The notes: generated by a model from the sequence alone, not told the origin. A stretch of 64,000 nt of DNA from Spironucleus salmonicida (GCF_000497125.1 NC_090601.1:62001-126000), one strand, 5' to 3'. Positions 13,579 through 25,907 are shown, counted from the first letter of the stretch. Translations and numbers: made by a program.

Positions 13579-14214
13579 ATGGAGAATTTTGATTTTGAGT
13601 TTATTGACATTGATGAAAAAAATAATGATGATATTGATATACTTTTTTAGTAAAAATATAAAAAGGATCCATTTATGTCAGTTTCATAATCTTTTACACA
13701 GTCATTAATTAAATAAAAAGAAGTTGGGTGTATTTCAATGATAGCTGAGACACCTATTCTGGCTTGTTCTGCCATCTCTATTAAATTTGCTGCTTATGAT
13801 GAATATCTTAGTAGTTTTCTCAAATATTTCCCTGCTTCGAGTGCACTCCTTCATAATAATTCGGTTTTGTTATTAGAATCGCTTAGAGCATTTAACCTTC
13901 CAATGTAAGCGGTACTAGCGGGATATTAATGTGTTTTTGAAGATTTAAAATGGGTTCAGTCTAATGAGTATAATTCTACGATTAAAAAAGATTTCTTTAA
14001 TTGTGATTTTTATTGGATCATAGCAAGCTGTAAAAATAATGGAAAATAAATTGAATTAGAAAGCTTAAAGTAAATAGAAGTAGCAGATATTATGGAAATA
14101 TCTAAATATCAAAAATTATATAAAAAATGTGGATTTGATGAAAATGATGGTATAATCAGTTTGCTTGTAGAAAGAAATAAATTAGAAAAATTAATATATA
14201 AATTAAGTCAATGA
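13579..14214 (+). CDS. BCP1: BCP1/BCCIP family protein
   Basis: 211 aa; NFDFEFIDIDEKNNDDIDILFQQ, SLIKQKEVG, LLLESLRAFNLP, FFNCDFYWII. Confidence 0.7.
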
Positions 14215-14926
14215 TAAATTATATTTTTAATCTTAATGAATTTTTATTTTTAAAACATTACTAACGTGAAATACTAGTTAGAAATTTTTTTATTGTTTAA
14301 TATTGTGCAAATCTAATTGTAATATAAACTAATCGAAATGAAAAAATTAATAGAAGATAACATAATGATACATATTATCTTGTAATATAGAATTATATCA
14401 TTTATTTTAAATTTATTATTAATCAACTAAATGTCTATAATAAATACAATATCCTGATGTAAAGTCTAGTTTATAATAACTAAATTTTACATTAATAAAA
14501 AGGATATTTGTATAATATGTATAATCAAATATATTGTCAATTCTATTCTGATTTAATTTGTAACCCTATTTTTAAGTTCATGTTATATTAGATCGGTATC
14601 TATATTAACAAAATAATTATTGTGGAACTTATCTAAATAATTAATTTGACTTTTAAATATATGGTCTTACTATTTAAGAAATATTCTAATTAAATAAAAA
14701 TTCAAAAAATATATAATTAATTAAAATTGTCAGAAATGTTTATATTTTCAAATTAAATACTACTATAATAAGCTTTCGTATTATTTTTATAAAAATAGTA
14801 AATAACTATTATTAAATAGCTTATCAAGATTTAAATAAAATTTGAAGACCAAGAAGTAAATATTTGATTAAAAATAATTACAACTATAAAATACATGTTA
14901 TTTTTCAAAAATATATTATATAATAC

Positions 14927-15448
14927 TCATTCTAATAAAAAAATATCATCTTCTGATGCATAGTCACCGAAAATATTAGCTAATATTTTCTTTGATTAAT
15001 TTTTTTCTGACTTACCTTTCCTTGTCGTTTATGGTAAAAGATCCATCTGATAATTAAACATCTATAAGTTATCATCAAGATAAGTTTTCGCAGGTTAATG
15101 ACATTTTTAACTACCTCGTAGTTTTTCTATAATATTACAGTCTGATAGCAGAGCATTATTGACTATCCGATGATTTGTTACTTAATCCAATTACAGCTAT
15201 TCCTTTTGTTTCATCCCAGCTAAGTTTATCTAGTTAAAGCAACCTTTCTTTGTTGTGGGACTTATTCGTTACTTCTTAATATTACCAACATTACAATTGG
15301 TTACACTATCAATACCATGAAATAATTACGTTAGAGATCTACTATTATTGTTTAAACTATTAATTGTAATAGGGCCAAATATAGTCTATGATTATGTAAC
15401 TTACTGATGCTATTTCGGATAGAAATTTGGTTTATTTTTCAGAGTCAT
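14927..15448 (-). CDS. Hypothetical protein
   Basis: 173-aa frame MTLKNKPNFYPK...SEDDIFLLE*. Confidence 0.55.
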
Positions 15449-16182
15449 TTTTATTATAATATTATAGTAATGTGTCATAGTTGAATATAATGTTAGTTTT
15501 CAATAAAATACAGGAATTATATAGTAAGCCAATATAATAGTATATATAGTATATTATTAATATAATTAGCAGTAAAAAGTCTGTAAATATTTTATTTAAT
15601 TATGTATAACATGGTATAATAAATCATAAACATTAAGCTATCAACAAAGATAATTAATTGCTAAGTATGATATCAAACATATCCTTTATAAGAAGTGTAT
15701 TGTGAAATATAATTAATAAATATTTCTATTCCTATATAACTTGTATTCAAACTTCAAATATTTAATCATGCCTTTTAAATCTGTAATTGCTATTCAGATG
15801 AGTATAATTATATTAAGATTTACAATAGTAGATTAATCACTCTGTGATAAATTTATATAGAATGAACACAACTTTGTTTAGCTTATAATTTACAGTTATA
15901 GATGTACTACAATTTTTTCATAGTGAAAGACTTAATTAAAATATATCCATGAATGAATTGAATTTCGCCTAACTTCCCAAAATTATATTATTAGAAAAAC
16001 ATAATCTACAGCACTTGACAATTGAAATTAACTTAGTATATTATACTAATTATACGTATTATCATCGGCAGTTTCTTTATCTATGACAAACGAATCAATG
16101 CTACAGATGAACAAATAGTATAATTGTCAGTAAGTATATTTAAATTTTAGTATATAATATTGATTATTATTTATTTATATTA

Positions 16183-16818
16183 ATGAATTCTATTAATTAA
16201 ACTCTCCCTTAAATACTAGCAGCGACAGAATACAAATATCAATATAAACACGTCTCTATTATAGTTTCTTCATTTCCTATACTAAACTTAGCTATTGATT
16301 CAATTTTTAACCCGACCAGAGATACTTTAATAGGGTCTTTCGAAATTGACGGATTTTAGCAAAAAGCTGGCTATCATTTAATGCAGAAAGTGGAAAGAAT
16401 TGGAAAATAGTCTTTAGGCACTGTAGTTAAGACAATGGCATATGATTTGCCATATAAATTCATCATTCACGGAGTTTTCCCAGACTGTAGATACAAACTC
16501 CCAAACCCTCAAGCTTACAAGTAGTGTATAAAATAAGCACTTTCTTTGGCAGATTTTTACAAAATGAAGTCTATTTCGTTCCCAGAATGCGGGATTAAAG
16601 CGCTCGAATGGCCTGAAACCGAAGCAGTAAATTTGCTAACAAATTGCTTTTTCTAGTGGATTAAAGCTAACCCAGACTCTACTTTAAGCTGCATAATATT
16701 GTGCACAAAAAATAAACATTTTTAGTCAATTTTCGTGAATAAAATATAAGCTTTAAAGATTGCATACGAAGGAATAGAGTATTACCAGATGCTGGATGAA
16801 CAATCTGAAGTATAGTGA
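16183..16818 (+). CDS. Macro-domain protein (degenerate)
   Basis: 211 aa; GTVVKTMAYDLPYKFIIHGVFPD, KQALSLADFYKMKSISFPECG. Confidence 0.75.
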
Positions 16819-16832
16819 GTAAATTTTTCATA

Positions 16833-17798
16833 TCAGACGACGAGTTCTTAAATTTTATTCATATCTACTTCATCTAAAACAAGAAATTATGTAGAATTCA
16901 GCTATATTTTTTATTCGAGCTGGTTAACTTCACCAAAAACCAAAATATAAAACTCAAACTCTTTCTTACTTAATCCAAGCTTCTTACGCTATTTGTCGTC
17001 AGTTTTGATTATTTTGCAAATTTTGACAAACTCAAATTCCGAAATAATCTGGATGACTTCGAAAGTTAAATTTAGTCCAAACTGACCCTGCCCAGTCCAA
17101 ACGCTAGGAAAACCGCAATTACTGATCATTTATCCTTACAGTTCAGTAGATTTTTCATCTTCATCTAATGTTCTGTTTTCTAATTCAATTTTCATTCCTT
17201 CTAGATTTTTCTCATAAATAAAATGAGTCTCTCCTTCAGCAGCAGTAAAATCGTAGACTTAATCAAACTTATTGTCATTAACTCCTACACCTGAAATCTG
17301 TTAAAGAGTTTGTATTTATGAGATAACATCTTTATCAAACTGAACCTTAAATGGACCAAATTATATATTATTACAGTTTTCAACAACAGGAGCGGATTTA
17401 ACTAAAGACGCAGATAATCCCGATGACCCTCTAAGGCGTAATTGTCGAGTTATTGATGATAAGTTAAAGTTCTAGCACTCACGTAAAAAAATACTCCCTG
17501 CTACAACGCAAAAAAACGAACAGTTATTACAACGATCTGCTGTTACTGCTCGGACAGTATCTAATATCACAAACGAGCAATTTTCACAATCTTCAGCGCG
17601 AAATTCAGAATTTTTTAAATCAGTACGAACAATAATTTGATTTTATATATTTTTAACGGAAATTTATGATAAAATTTCTTATGGTAGCGGACGAGGAGAT
17701 ACAGGTATTGTTACTTATGGGTAAATCAGATATGTTGGTTTCTATAGTGGCTCGGCAGGAGATGCATGGACTTACTTTGGCTTGCAACACTAGAACAT
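16833..17798 (-). CDS. RP2: RP2/XRP2-like TBCC-domain protein (Arl3-GAP family)
   Basis: 321 aa; EDCENCSFVILD, GSIFLRECQN, RQLRLR, APVVENC, VYDFT. Confidence 0.8.
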
Positions 17799-17968
17799 AT
17801 ATAAGTTTTGAAATAATCTTAGTATTTTATTCTATAATCATATAATAATAATCATATATATGTTATGATATTATGTATCTATAAATATCATAATATATAC
17901 TAACTAGATTATATAATAGTATTTAAATATTATATATAAATAGTTAGTGTTCGTACTAATCCTTTGGA

Positions 17969-18145
17969 ATGTTTAAGTAGATGAAACTTCCCTCAAATGT
18001 TCGTGGCTACATAGAAAATTTAGAAAAACAAATAAAGTTACATCAAGAATTAATAGATAAATATTTTGACCATGAAGAGTAGATGGAAGAAGGTGAATAA
18101 ATGCTCAGTATCAAGTAGTATTTATAAGGTGATAAAACTTAATGA
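17969..18145 (+). CDS. Small hypothetical coiled-coil protein
   Basis: 58 aa MFKQMKLPSNVRGYIENLEKQIKLHQELI...; ends TAA TGA. Confidence 0.45.
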
Positions 18146-18294
18146 GGTTAATCACAGTTTTAAATCTAGAAACTATAATTATAAATACTTATATAGTTCT
18201 TTATAACAATTTATGGCAGAATTTTGGAGGATCATAATACATAAAATTGAACAATATAATTACTATTATATATTTTTAATACTTTATAAATTTC

Positions 18295-19128
18295 ATGAAT
18301 TGGATTATTATTAAAGAGCCTTCAGTTAACTCAGTAATAATTGAACAGTAATTATAAATACCAGTTCATAATAACATAGATAAATTAGATGATAAACATT
18401 TGCTATTTTTAATTGATCTTAGTAAATTATTTACTTTTGAATTTATTGAGTCTCTATTTATGTTGTGTAAAAACCATTCAGTTTTGGTATCAATTAACTA
18501 AGTAAACGTATATTAGCATAATAATATATTATTGTCAGAAATGATTGCGATTGCATAATAGAAATAAGTTTCATTTATTGCATTAGATTCATTATATAGT
18601 AATATTGGAATTCTGCTTGCTGAAATAAACTTTATATAGATAGATTAATAATAATCACTTATTGAACAAAATGATGATTTGTAAAGTATGCTAACTACTC
18701 CAAAAAAATTTATACTTAAATCACATTTTATTCACTATCACCATGAGATCCCACTAAAAATAAACATAGAGTTTAACCATTTTTTCAATGTATTTTTCAA
18801 TATTTTTGATGATCCAAGAGTAATAGGGAATAAATTATAAAATTCTTTAAATTTGACTTTCGATCAAGCAAATAGTTTAACCGATAAAATACAAAAATTA
18901 GGTTAAGATTGTGGCTATATTTAATCTAAAAGGAAATAATTAAAAAGTTATGATGTTAAAAGTAAGGCCATATTTCATTTTGGTCTTAAAAGTTTGTGTA
19001 TTGAAATCGGTGAGCAAGATGATGTCATGTCTTATTACCAAGAAATAATATAATACTTTAATCTTTCATAATTATATGATGATATAATTAAGTTATAATT
19101 AGGCCAGATATAAAACAATCCTATATGA
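18295..19128 (+). CDS. Hypothetical protein
   Basis: 277-aa frame read codon by codon; an upstream in-frame ATG exists at 18142. Confidence 0.6.
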
Positions 19129-19225
19129 ATTTATCTTTGTTGATGAATAAAAGTAAATTTGTATATTTACATTACTATCCATATGTTAATATAATAATGA
19201 TAAATAGTTGTTTTCCTTTTACTAA

Positions 19226-20221
19226 ATGTCAATTAAATTACCAGCCTAAACTGCTATTGATTTTTAGTCAGAAGTTTGTATCGTACCTATAGAAATGGAC
19301 TTAAATACATTATTTCTTAATTCAAAGAATACTTCTGCCTCCCCAACGCTAGATAATTGTGTTACCTGTGTTGGATGTATTACATCAGCAGAAGAAATAT
19401 TTGTGAAAGAGTCTAACGCAGAAATGCTAAAATTATTATAGCAGCAGGGAACAAAATTGTAATTTGTCTTTAGTAAGAGTGCCTAGCTTATGATAGATAT
19501 CCATTCTATTAGAAATTAATACCCTGACTATACATTTGAGGTTGAGGATTTATAGCAAGTGGCTTCTTATCATAGTTAGCTATAAGAAGGTAAAAAAATA
19601 ATAACTCATTGCCCTGCAGTTAGACTTTATATATTAAAGAAGAAACCTGAATTATATAAATATGTAAATACAGTCGGTTCAATGTTAGAATTCTAAGATG
19701 ATACAAAAATATACATTAGTGCATGTCATGATAGAAAAATTGAGGCTATGAAAAAATAAAGTAAATGCTTCACTATAAAAGAATTCATTGAAGTCTTTAA
19801 TTCATAATAGGGCTAGTTAGATTAAGGTTTTAATTTCTTCCAGATATAAGATATATTATCTGATTAATTTGGTCCTTATACATAAAAATAAGGGATAAAT
19901 ACAGATTAAGTAATTTATGAGTATTAAAATATAAAGTTGATTCACAACACAAACTATAGAAATTTAGAAAATCTAATAAGGAAATCTGAATAAATTAAAA
20001 CAACTAATGATATATACCTTGTTGAAGCGTGCCCAAGAGGATGTTTTGGTGGTGCATAATCCGGAGTCACTAAAACTTAGTGTCAATAAATTTCGAATAA
20101 TGTTATTGAAGGGTAAAATACCCAGTAATTGTAAAAGAATGCAATTACATGTTTTGATAAAATAGAAGAAGCTATGTAGGATAAAGTTTAGGGCGTTAAA
20201 ATTGGAGATTTATAGTGGTGA
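19226..20221 (+). CDS. NAR1: Nar1/CIAO3 cytosolic Fe-S cluster assembly factor (hydrogenase-like)
   Basis: 331 aa; DFQSEVCIVP, LDNCVTCVGCITSAE, THCPA, SACHDRKIEA, VEACPRGCFGG, C-terminal DLQW. Confidence 0.88.
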
Positions 20222-20258
20222 TTTGTATATTATTATATGTTTTCTTTCCTTATTAACA

Positions 20259-20822
20259 ATGAGCTATTTCTAAGTTCTTATTGATTGTTAGGATGCTTTT
20301 GATGACGTTTAGTTCCCATAATAGTTTGAGAAGTTATTTAATCTCATAGCATAGAAGCCATAATTGTTACAATTTTTTTCTGAAGCATATAATGCAAGTT
20401 TGTAGGTAAAATCCGATAAAATATTAAAGAGTATTACATTTGTTTCAATAGCAGTAGAACTAGAAATCTAGTATTAAGTATTGATTACATCAGAATATCA
20501 AACTTTTATTACAAATGTAAATGGTATTTATGATGTTCTACCTTTTTTTAAGGATATTTTTACGTTATTAAATGGAACTAAATAAGTCTAACCTACTATT
20601 GATAATTTAAAAAACTTTCTGTAGCGTAACTTAATTACTAGGTAAATACAAAAAGTATTTAGTAAGCAGTGTAATTATTGTAATATTCAGTGTTACCCTA
20701 AGCATAAATGCTAAGGGTTATAGGAAAAGGAAGGCAAATAATACTTCAGAGCGAAATGGAGCACAAAGGAAGAGTGGATTGAAAACGGTAATGGGTAAAG
20801 AAAAATTGAAGAATTAAAATGA
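20259..20822 (+). CDS. Hypothetical protein with C-terminal Cys/His cluster (possibly Pcf11-like)
   Basis: 187 aa; KQCNYCNIQCYPKHKC...FRAKWSTKEEWI. Confidence 0.5.
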
Positions 20823-20856
20823 TATATTATTATATAGTTTATTGATTAATAACAAA

Positions 20857-22146
20857 ATGCTGAAGTCAAATAAAAATTCGTATCTACTAAGCAATATTAC
20901 AACTATTGGCCGCGCAGAAAGCAACGATATTGTGATTAACTCTCCACTTCTATCCAAGTTTCATGCTAAAATATTACTCGATGATATGCTAATTATAGAT
21001 TTATAGTCGAAAAATGGTACCTTTGTTGGAACCTTAAAAATACATAATTAACACTAAAATATCAAATTTGGCGATTATATTAAGTTTGGTAATTATGATG
21101 AAGTTTTTTAATTATTGGAAATTGATAATTTTATATAAATCAAAGATAAACATTTATAGGATCTTGAATAAAAATTACAATATAAGGAAGAATTTTAGCA
21201 ATAAAACATGGAAAATATGAATATATGTAAGAATTATGAAGTTGTCCCCCATCTTGCATCAGCAATTTTGGATAAATCTGATATTAAAGTTTAAGAATCT
21301 GGAGAGGTTGAACTACTTCGAGATAGTTTTCAAACATAAAATACCATTTAGTAGAAAACCTTATTAAAAAAATAGTAGGAAGTAATATTGGCTGAGGAAC
21401 ACGTTAGATAATTATAAATATAAAATTAATCTTTAGTAGACTAATTAAATTAACATAAGAACGAAACAGACACAGAAAGAAAGTTATTAATTGTTAAATT
21501 ATAAAAAATGACAGCATAAAAGGTTATAGATATATCTATTTTAGAATAAACAGTCCCTATTGAGAATAAAATATATAAGTTGTTAAACAAGTAGAATATC
21601 ATAGACTAGAAACTTACATAACAGGCTATGTAATATTTATAAAGTTTATAATAAAACAATGCATATTTCAATGAACTTTAGGGAATTATAAAGGAAAATG
21701 AGATTTTAAAAACTAATTTGATACCAATTTTTGAATTAAGGCAAATGTAACAATAATTCTTTAACAAAATTAAAGAAGACAACGAAAAACAGGATTATTT
21801 TAAATTACTATAAGAAGAAATTATATAGTTGTAAACAGAGAATTCATTATAATAAAATCAGTTAAAGTAACTAATTACAGATAACTAGATTATATAATCA
21901 TAATTAAATATAGTATAAGATCATAATTCACTTTTGCGATAATAATTAGGAAGTGCTTTAAATTTTGAAGCTAGAAGTATATAACATATACAAGTTGACA
22001 ACAAGTTATTTAGATAGATAATCGATGTTAATAAAACATTATCATAATTCACAGCGTAGGTAAAAAGTACTTCTTCCATAGGAGATACAAGAATGATGTT
22101 ATTGGCAATAGCTAAAAGTTTCATTCATTCACATGATGTTATTTGA
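20857..22146 (+). CDS. FHA domain plus coiled-coil protein
   Basis: 429 aa; TIGRAESNDIVINSPLLSKFHAKI...IDLQSKNGTFV...GDYIKFG, then a long Q/E/K heptad region. Confidence 0.88.
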
Positions 22147-22336
22147 TATTTGGTATTAAATATGAAGGAAACTGTCCTTTAACTTCGGAAATTACCTAAG
22201 AATTATTTGAACTAAATATAAATGGTGACTTTTTGATGTAATTTATTTTCTTTTTAGGACTAGGGACATATTCTCTTGTTTTGATTATAAAATCTCGATC
22301 ATTTTCGCACAAAGTTCTTATTCTGAGTACTGGCAT
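22121..22336 (-). CDS. Small hypothetical protein
   Basis: 71 aa MPVLRIRTLCENDRDF...HHVNE*; C-rich motif upstream; overlaps the 3' end of the FHA gene. Confidence 0.45.
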
Positions 22337-22377
22337 TTTATGTCTAAAAGGCGTAATAATAATATTAAATTATAAAA

Positions 22378-23688
22378 TCATTTACTTTCTTTTACAAATA
22401 GTCTACAATTTGGAGTTAATCCAGCTTCTAACAATGTTTATCCATAACTTTAAACTTCCCCGCCAAGAGCTCTGAGAACAACAAGTGAATGTTTATCTCT
22501 TTGCATAATATTTGCTAAATTCTCATAAATTTCAGAAACATCAGATTCAAAGCTCAATTTCATTATAATATTTTAACCACTATTTAATTTAATTCGCAGT
22601 GTTGCATTTTAGCCAGACTCTACTGGCCTACTTATAACAACTGTCTTGTCTAGAGACTATTTTTCTTACTAAAATTGCGATTTAATATCTATGACTCTGC
22701 CATTTACTACTTTATTATCTTAAATTTTACTTAGCAATACATTCAATGACATTGGTTCTAGCATATTATTATTGTCTTTAAAATCTTTAATATTACTGTC
22801 TTTATATTAAGGTGCTATCTTATAATTCTTTCGAATCTGTTCTAACTCGTCCATATCTGGTTTCCAAACTTATTCCCCGTCGATATTTTTTGCTGCTCCT
22901 GAGAACCCAGGATCTTTCTTGGCTAAAAACTCACAAGTCTCATATTTAGCAATTATGTTAACTCCATCTGGGTACTAATCTCTTAATTCTGAAGGCACAA
23001 AACCATCGGAAATGTCCTTAACAAACTCCCTAGCACTCTCTAGTTAGAAGCTCCTGAAAGGCCCGCGTTTAATGTAAATACCGTCCTTATAGAAAATAAC
23101 AGGAATTCCCTCAGAGTCGCGAAATTGCACCACGCCATCCGTATCGACGAACTCCTTCTTTTAAGTGATAAAATTGAGTTTTCGAATATTAGCTTCCAAA
23201 AGCTCGAAATCGACTTAGAAGCTCTGCTACTCCCGCGTGATTCCGGCAATTTCGTGCTCAATAAACGACTTTGCGTCAAATTCTTCGATTCCACTTTCAA
23301 TTTGATTTTCCACTTCATCTTCCAAAAACACCATTCCGTTCTAATCTAAGAAATTTTCCATTGAGAATATCTGGTTTTCGAGCGTTTTGGCGTAACTTTT
23401 CAGCTGCTGAATTTCGACGCCAAACTGAAAATCCGAGATGCCCTGGACCCGTATTTGCTCCAGTTGCCCCGTTAAACTCACAATTTGGCCGTTCGCGCGT
23501 TGCAGCAAAATACGCAAATTCTCGTTCTCTTGCTCCTGAAATTTCAGCTTTTGAGCGAGCTGCTGGACCGGGTTGATGTCGTTCGAGAGCAGTTGCGGAG
23601 GCGGTGCAATTCCAGTGCCTCCGTCGAGGGTAGAAATGTACGCGTTCGACTTGTGGTTTTTATCCGGGTGCTTCGTAAAATAGTCCAT
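22378..23688 (-). CDS. UBXN11: UBXN11-like p97 cofactor (coiled coil + SEP + UBX)
   Basis: 436 aa; FYKDGIYIKRGPFRSF...KDISDGFVPSELRDQYPDGV (SEP); ATLRIKL...TLLEAGLTPNCRLFV (UBX). Confidence 0.85.
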
Positions 23689-23850
23689 TTTGAAATTAAG
23701 AAATATTGGTTTTAAAGATATAATAATGATATAAATTTTAATTTTTTTGATTATTAACCTGCTGATTAAGAGGGTTTTGGGATTCGGGGGCTGCACGCAG
23801 TCAGTATGTTTCTTTGACTTAAATAGCATTATAAAATATTAACAGTTATA

Positions 23851-24780
23851 TCATATCTACCATCCAGGTATTTTCATCGCTTTATCCAAAACTTCGCCAG
23901 CATTAACTGGTTTAAATGCTGCCAGCGCTTAATTGATATCGTAAAATATAATTTGACGTTTTTCAAAATAGCACAATTCAGTGTAGCCAGCCTAAATGAT
24001 ATTTTTAATCACCATTCTCATGTTTCTTCCAACTTCAGCTGCAAAATGTGCATCACTTCCCAATGCAATGGGAATTCCATATTCAAACGCTTTCACAATA
24101 TATTTCTAACACGGTAACGTTAGCCCAACTCCAGGATATTACGAGCCTCCAGTGTTTACCTCGATTGCGATTGGATCTAAGCCTAATTACGTGCGTTCCT
24201 CATTGTATAAAGATAGATTTTTGAGTGCTAAAAATACTCTTTAATTTATAGTATTATTATTAAAGTTCTACTTACACCATTCTTCGCCTAGTAGTGGTCT
24301 ATAAAAATCCATATGAGACATAATATTGAAATAGCCAGATCTAAATGCATTTTCCCATTCATCATAATAGTTCAGAACAAACTATTCCTACGTTTAAAAC
24401 ATTAGATACTTACCTACATTATAATAGTGTAAGGATCCTAATAAATAATCAAATTCATCTGTCATGTTTACAAATTATTCAGTCTTCTTGGGATCTTCAG
24501 GGTTCCAATCGACTTCCATACCTAACAAAATCTAAAGTTATGGATAGTGCTCTATTGAAAATTATTTTTCTTACTTGTATAAATTTAAAAAGGTTTAAAA
24601 ATCTGAGAACGGCATTCTATAGTCTGGGGTTACGTCATCATTAACAAATGGATTATGACAGCAAAAAGCGTAAGCTTTATATTATAACGCATCAGCCATA
24701 GCATGAAATAATCTTGGCATGACCATCTCAGCATGGCCACATAAATAGGTATGTGAATGACAATCAACAATATGTCTCAT
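23851..24780 (-). CDS. PHP-family phosphoesterase (HisJ/histidinol-phosphatase-like, bacterial type)
   Basis: 309 aa; VDCHSHTYLCGHA, CCHNP, GMEVDW, LLGSLH, MSHMD, IEVNTGG, IALGSDAH. Confidence 0.88.
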
Positions 24781-24890
24781 TTATTTTATTTTATCAAAAT
24801 ATTATATATCACAAAATATATGTCTTATTACTTTATTACCTTAAACTCATCACTATTAAATATTAAATATTCATATATTACAAACAATTA

Positions 24891-25907
24891 ATGGACCAGA
24901 TTTATAAGTAATATTTGTCAGCTTAGATTGATAACGTTGCTATCAATGAATAATCAAATATTTTATTACAAATACCTGTCGAATTTACTCATCTTTCTTT
25001 ATTCATAATCGATCATTTGTACGCCAAAAACCCTAATTCACTAGACTTTGTTTCTTATGATAAGCAAGTCACGGTTAAATAAATTTAAAATTTTAAGACT
25101 TAGATTTCAAGAACATAATAGTTAAATTTACTTATTTAAAATGAAAATCTCTTAGAAAACTTGATCTACATAAAAGTAGATACTGGAATATTTACATTCG
25201 CTGAAAATGCAATAAAATAACCTTTTGACTATATTCTATCTATTTATGAAGAACTATCTACTCTCGAATTAGATATTTCTCCTAAATTTACTTTTAAGAG
25301 AATTAAACTTTTCTGTGAATCAGATGCTTAATTTTTGAATATCCCAATTAATGATTTAAATTCTCTTTTTACCTCCTATGTTGAAACATTAGATTAATCA
25401 ATTAATCCAAAGAGAGACGTATTGATCAAAAAATTTTAATCTTTAGATTTTGTAGGTATAAAAACATATCTTTCATATGATCTTACAAGCAGCGATAGCA
25501 ATATTTCTGGCACAATCTTTGCAACATCTCCAGTAATCCTTTGTGGTATATAGTTTAATGACTTTTGGGCGTCTATTTCCTGCAGCGAGATAACAAACTG
25601 TGGAGCGTCTACAAATGCTGATACTTTGACATAACTATTTGACACAAATCGTGAAATTCGTAAGATTTCTAAAGTGATTATGAGTGGGAAGTCTGGATTT
25701 TAGTTAGATCCAGAGGCCCTCTACTTTTTGGCAAACTAGAATTACGGAATTTAGATCGTTTTCGGTATAGAAAATGAGCTAGCCAGTGAATATTTAAAAC
25801 TTAATGTTCCTATTGGAAGTTCTGATTTAAAAGTGGTAGGTATTTAAAAGAATGGAAAGCAAGAAATTATTTATCAGTAGGGGGAGTTTCTGGGTGTATT
25901 TCAGTGA
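24891..25907 (+). CDS. Degenerate M29 aminopeptidase (AmpS/AmpT-like) homologue
   Basis: 338 aa; SGTIFATSPVILCGIQFNDF...TLTQLFDTNREIRKISKV and C-terminal PIGSSDLKVVGIQKNGKQEIIYQQGEF. Confidence 0.6.

Noticed and set aside
14236-14870. Long open frame on the plus strand in very AT-rich DNA
   Set aside because: Its I/N/K/Y/Q-only composition is what non-coding AT-rich DNA gives when TGA is the only stop; no motif support.
15450-16180. Possible small genes or ncRNA in an AT-rich gap
   Set aside because: Only short low-complexity frames; no tRNA cloverleaf or C/D box pair recognised by eye. A covariance-model search would be needed.
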